Assembly: GCA_030141605.1 (NCBI GenBank)
Contig: JAQGDQ010000105.1
Span: 124,001-188,000, forward strand
Source of the DNA: Tubiluchus corallicola
Taxonomy: Eukaryota > Animalia > Priapulida
Direction: 5' to 3'
Length of the DNA stretch: 64,000 nt
Every line of letters starts with the position of its first letter. The first letter of the stretch is position 1. Under the pieces are notes generated by a model. The model was not told the origin of the DNA. It worked only from the letters and a program-made list of their open reading frames with translations, and searched no databases. Shown piece after piece: positions 62,616 through 64,000 of this stretch. The position numbers and the translations under genes were made by a program.

Positions 62616-63434
62616 ATGAGGACAACGAACGCATGCTTTATCTTTGCTGTTTTAGTAAACTCGTGCGTTTCTGAAATGTCCATTGTTGATCTTAGTCATG
62701 ATTACACCCATGAGGGCATGGTCTACTATCCCACACGTGACGTCATTAGACCATTCACAATGACAAAAGCACTAAGAGGTAGAAACAAAAAAGGCGTGTA
62801 TTGGGAAGTGAACAACTTCTGTACAGGAGAACATACAGGGACACATATGGATGCACCAAGGCACTCAATACCCGGAGGAAGAAGTATCGACCAACTGAGA
62901 CTAGAAGAATTAATTGGCGAAGCAGTTAATTTGGACATCAGTGGTAAAACAATGAAAAATGCAGATTACCAGTGCACTGTAAAGGATATTAAGGACTGGG
63001 AGAAGCGATATGGTGAAATACCACGAGGTAGTTTCTTCTTTTTGAGTACTGGTTGGCACAAATACTGGCCAGACAAGATTAAATATATAGGTAGTAATGC
63101 TACTCAAACAAACCGTGATCTCCATTTTCCCGGAATTCACCCAAAAGCCGCCAAATGGCTGATCGAGCAGCGAAAGATCAAAATGTACGGAGTGGACTGC
63201 ATTTCTGTAGACTATGGACAGACATCTATGCACGATGTTCACCGAATACTACTTTCGGCAGATATCCCAGTCTTAGAAAATGTTGCCAATCTTAATAAGT
63301 TACCCCCAACAGGCGGAAAAGTTCACGCTATTCCAATGAGAATAAAAGAAGGAAGTGGTGCACCAGCGAGAGTTTACGCACTCTTAGATGACGCATTCAA
63401 AGAATGCAATCTGCTCAAAGACACATGCAGTTAA
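62616..63434 (+). CDS. Cyclase-family metal-dependent amidohydrolase (kynurenine formamidase/isatin hydrolase-like), signal peptide, single coding exon, 272 aa
   Basis: IVDLSH, signature HTGTHMDAPRH (HxGTHxDxPxH), FPG, GVDCISVD, VH, LENVANL, GSGAPARVYA; hydrophobic N-terminus MRTTNACFIFAVLVNSCVS; acceptor at 62544 and donor GTG|GTGAGT at 61767 imply a 5'UTR intron. Confidence 0.95.
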   Translation: MRTTNACFIFAVLVNSCVSEMSIVDLSHDYTHEGMVYYPTRDVIRPFTMTKALRGRNKKGVYWEVNNFCTGEHTGTHMDAPRHSIPGGRSIDQLRLEELIGEAVNLDISGKTMKNADYQCTVKDIKDWEKRYGEIPRGSFFFLSTGWHKYWPDKIKYIGSNATQTNRDLHFPGIHPKAAKWLIEQRKIKMYGVDCISVDYGQTSMHDVHRILLSADIPVLENVANLNKLPPTGGKVHAIPMRIKEGSGAPARVYALLDDAFKECNLLKDTCS

Positions 63435-63750
63435 GCAAAGAAAATGCGATATTGCGGTTTTATAATAACCACTGTTTGTTAAATTGACATAGTTGCTTCA
63501 TGTTTATCGCAGTACTAGTTAGCAAAAGATAATTACTTGCCAGCAAGGTTTATTTGTCTCAATAGTGTTACCACTATTATTCAATGTAGTAAAGCCGTTA
63601 TCAAACTCGGTTTTTAATGCTGAAAATACAAATGCTATTTTTTGTTTTAGATGCAGCACTAGTGACAATTGAGTTAGCCTGTTACCTTTTTACTGACTAC
63701 TCTTTATGATCTACATTACCTGTAGAAATTCTGAAATAGTTATCATAGCA

Positions 63751-63751
<1 letters not shown>

Positions 63752-63787
<36 letters not shown>

Positions 63788-63799
63788 GAAGAAGAAGAA
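63752..63799. repeat. (TAA)n(GAA)n compound microsatellite
   Basis: Direct reading. Confidence 0.95.
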
Positions 63800-64000
63800 T
63801 AATCGTTTATTTATCTTGTAACACACGCACAGTTATAATACAATTAATTTGGTAACAAAAATGTGAAGAAAGGGCAGCGAAAGACCAATTGGTCATCTAG
63901 TCAGCTGCCCTTTGGTTAGTGATGAACATTTTTATAGGCTCTATACTACAGTGTATTAGTGTTAGTACTGCTTATAATAAAAACTAAATTGTTGCGAATG

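Noticed and set aside
50-62938. The many 60-140 aa ORFs in the six-frame track
   Set aside because: Most start at non-ATG codons, lie in AT-rich introns/UTRs, or are shadow frames of real exons; no recognisable domains.
62616-63434. Bacterial contamination explaining the cyclase gene
   Set aside because: Host-like AT-rich flanks, spliceosomal sites upstream, a microsatellite downstream, and contiguity with animal genes.

Overview
AT-rich, intron-rich animal (probably invertebrate) genomic DNA with four gene units. (1) A lethal(2) giant larvae (Lgl/LLGL) gene on the + strand. I assembled it by hand from a 5'UTR exon ending at 1576 and 27 phase-consistent coding exons (ATG 2535, most likely stop 43121, about 1257 aa). 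It has a 5.9-kb U12-type intron, a GC-AG intron, large Glu/Lys-rich insertions, and only two of the three canonical aPKC serines. (2) A two-exon acidic protein of unknown family (46345-47580 + 51146-51292, about 460 aa), either an orphan gene or an alternative Lgl tail. (3) A phospholipase D1-like gene on the - strand whose whole 1050-aa CDS is one exon. (4) A divergently oriented, single-exon-CDS, signal-peptide-bearing cyclase-family (kynurenine formamidase/isatin hydrolase-like) gene. The introns hold decayed LINE/LTR fragments, small dispersed repeats and microsatellites. The most notable oddities are a second U12-like acceptor plus a 36-nt exon inside the minor intron, a 57-nt GC-donor cassette exon with an Rbfox motif, and a 43-bp copy of PLD coding sequence upstream of the cyclase gene in antisense-transcribable position. 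All gene models are manual and lack transcript evidence.
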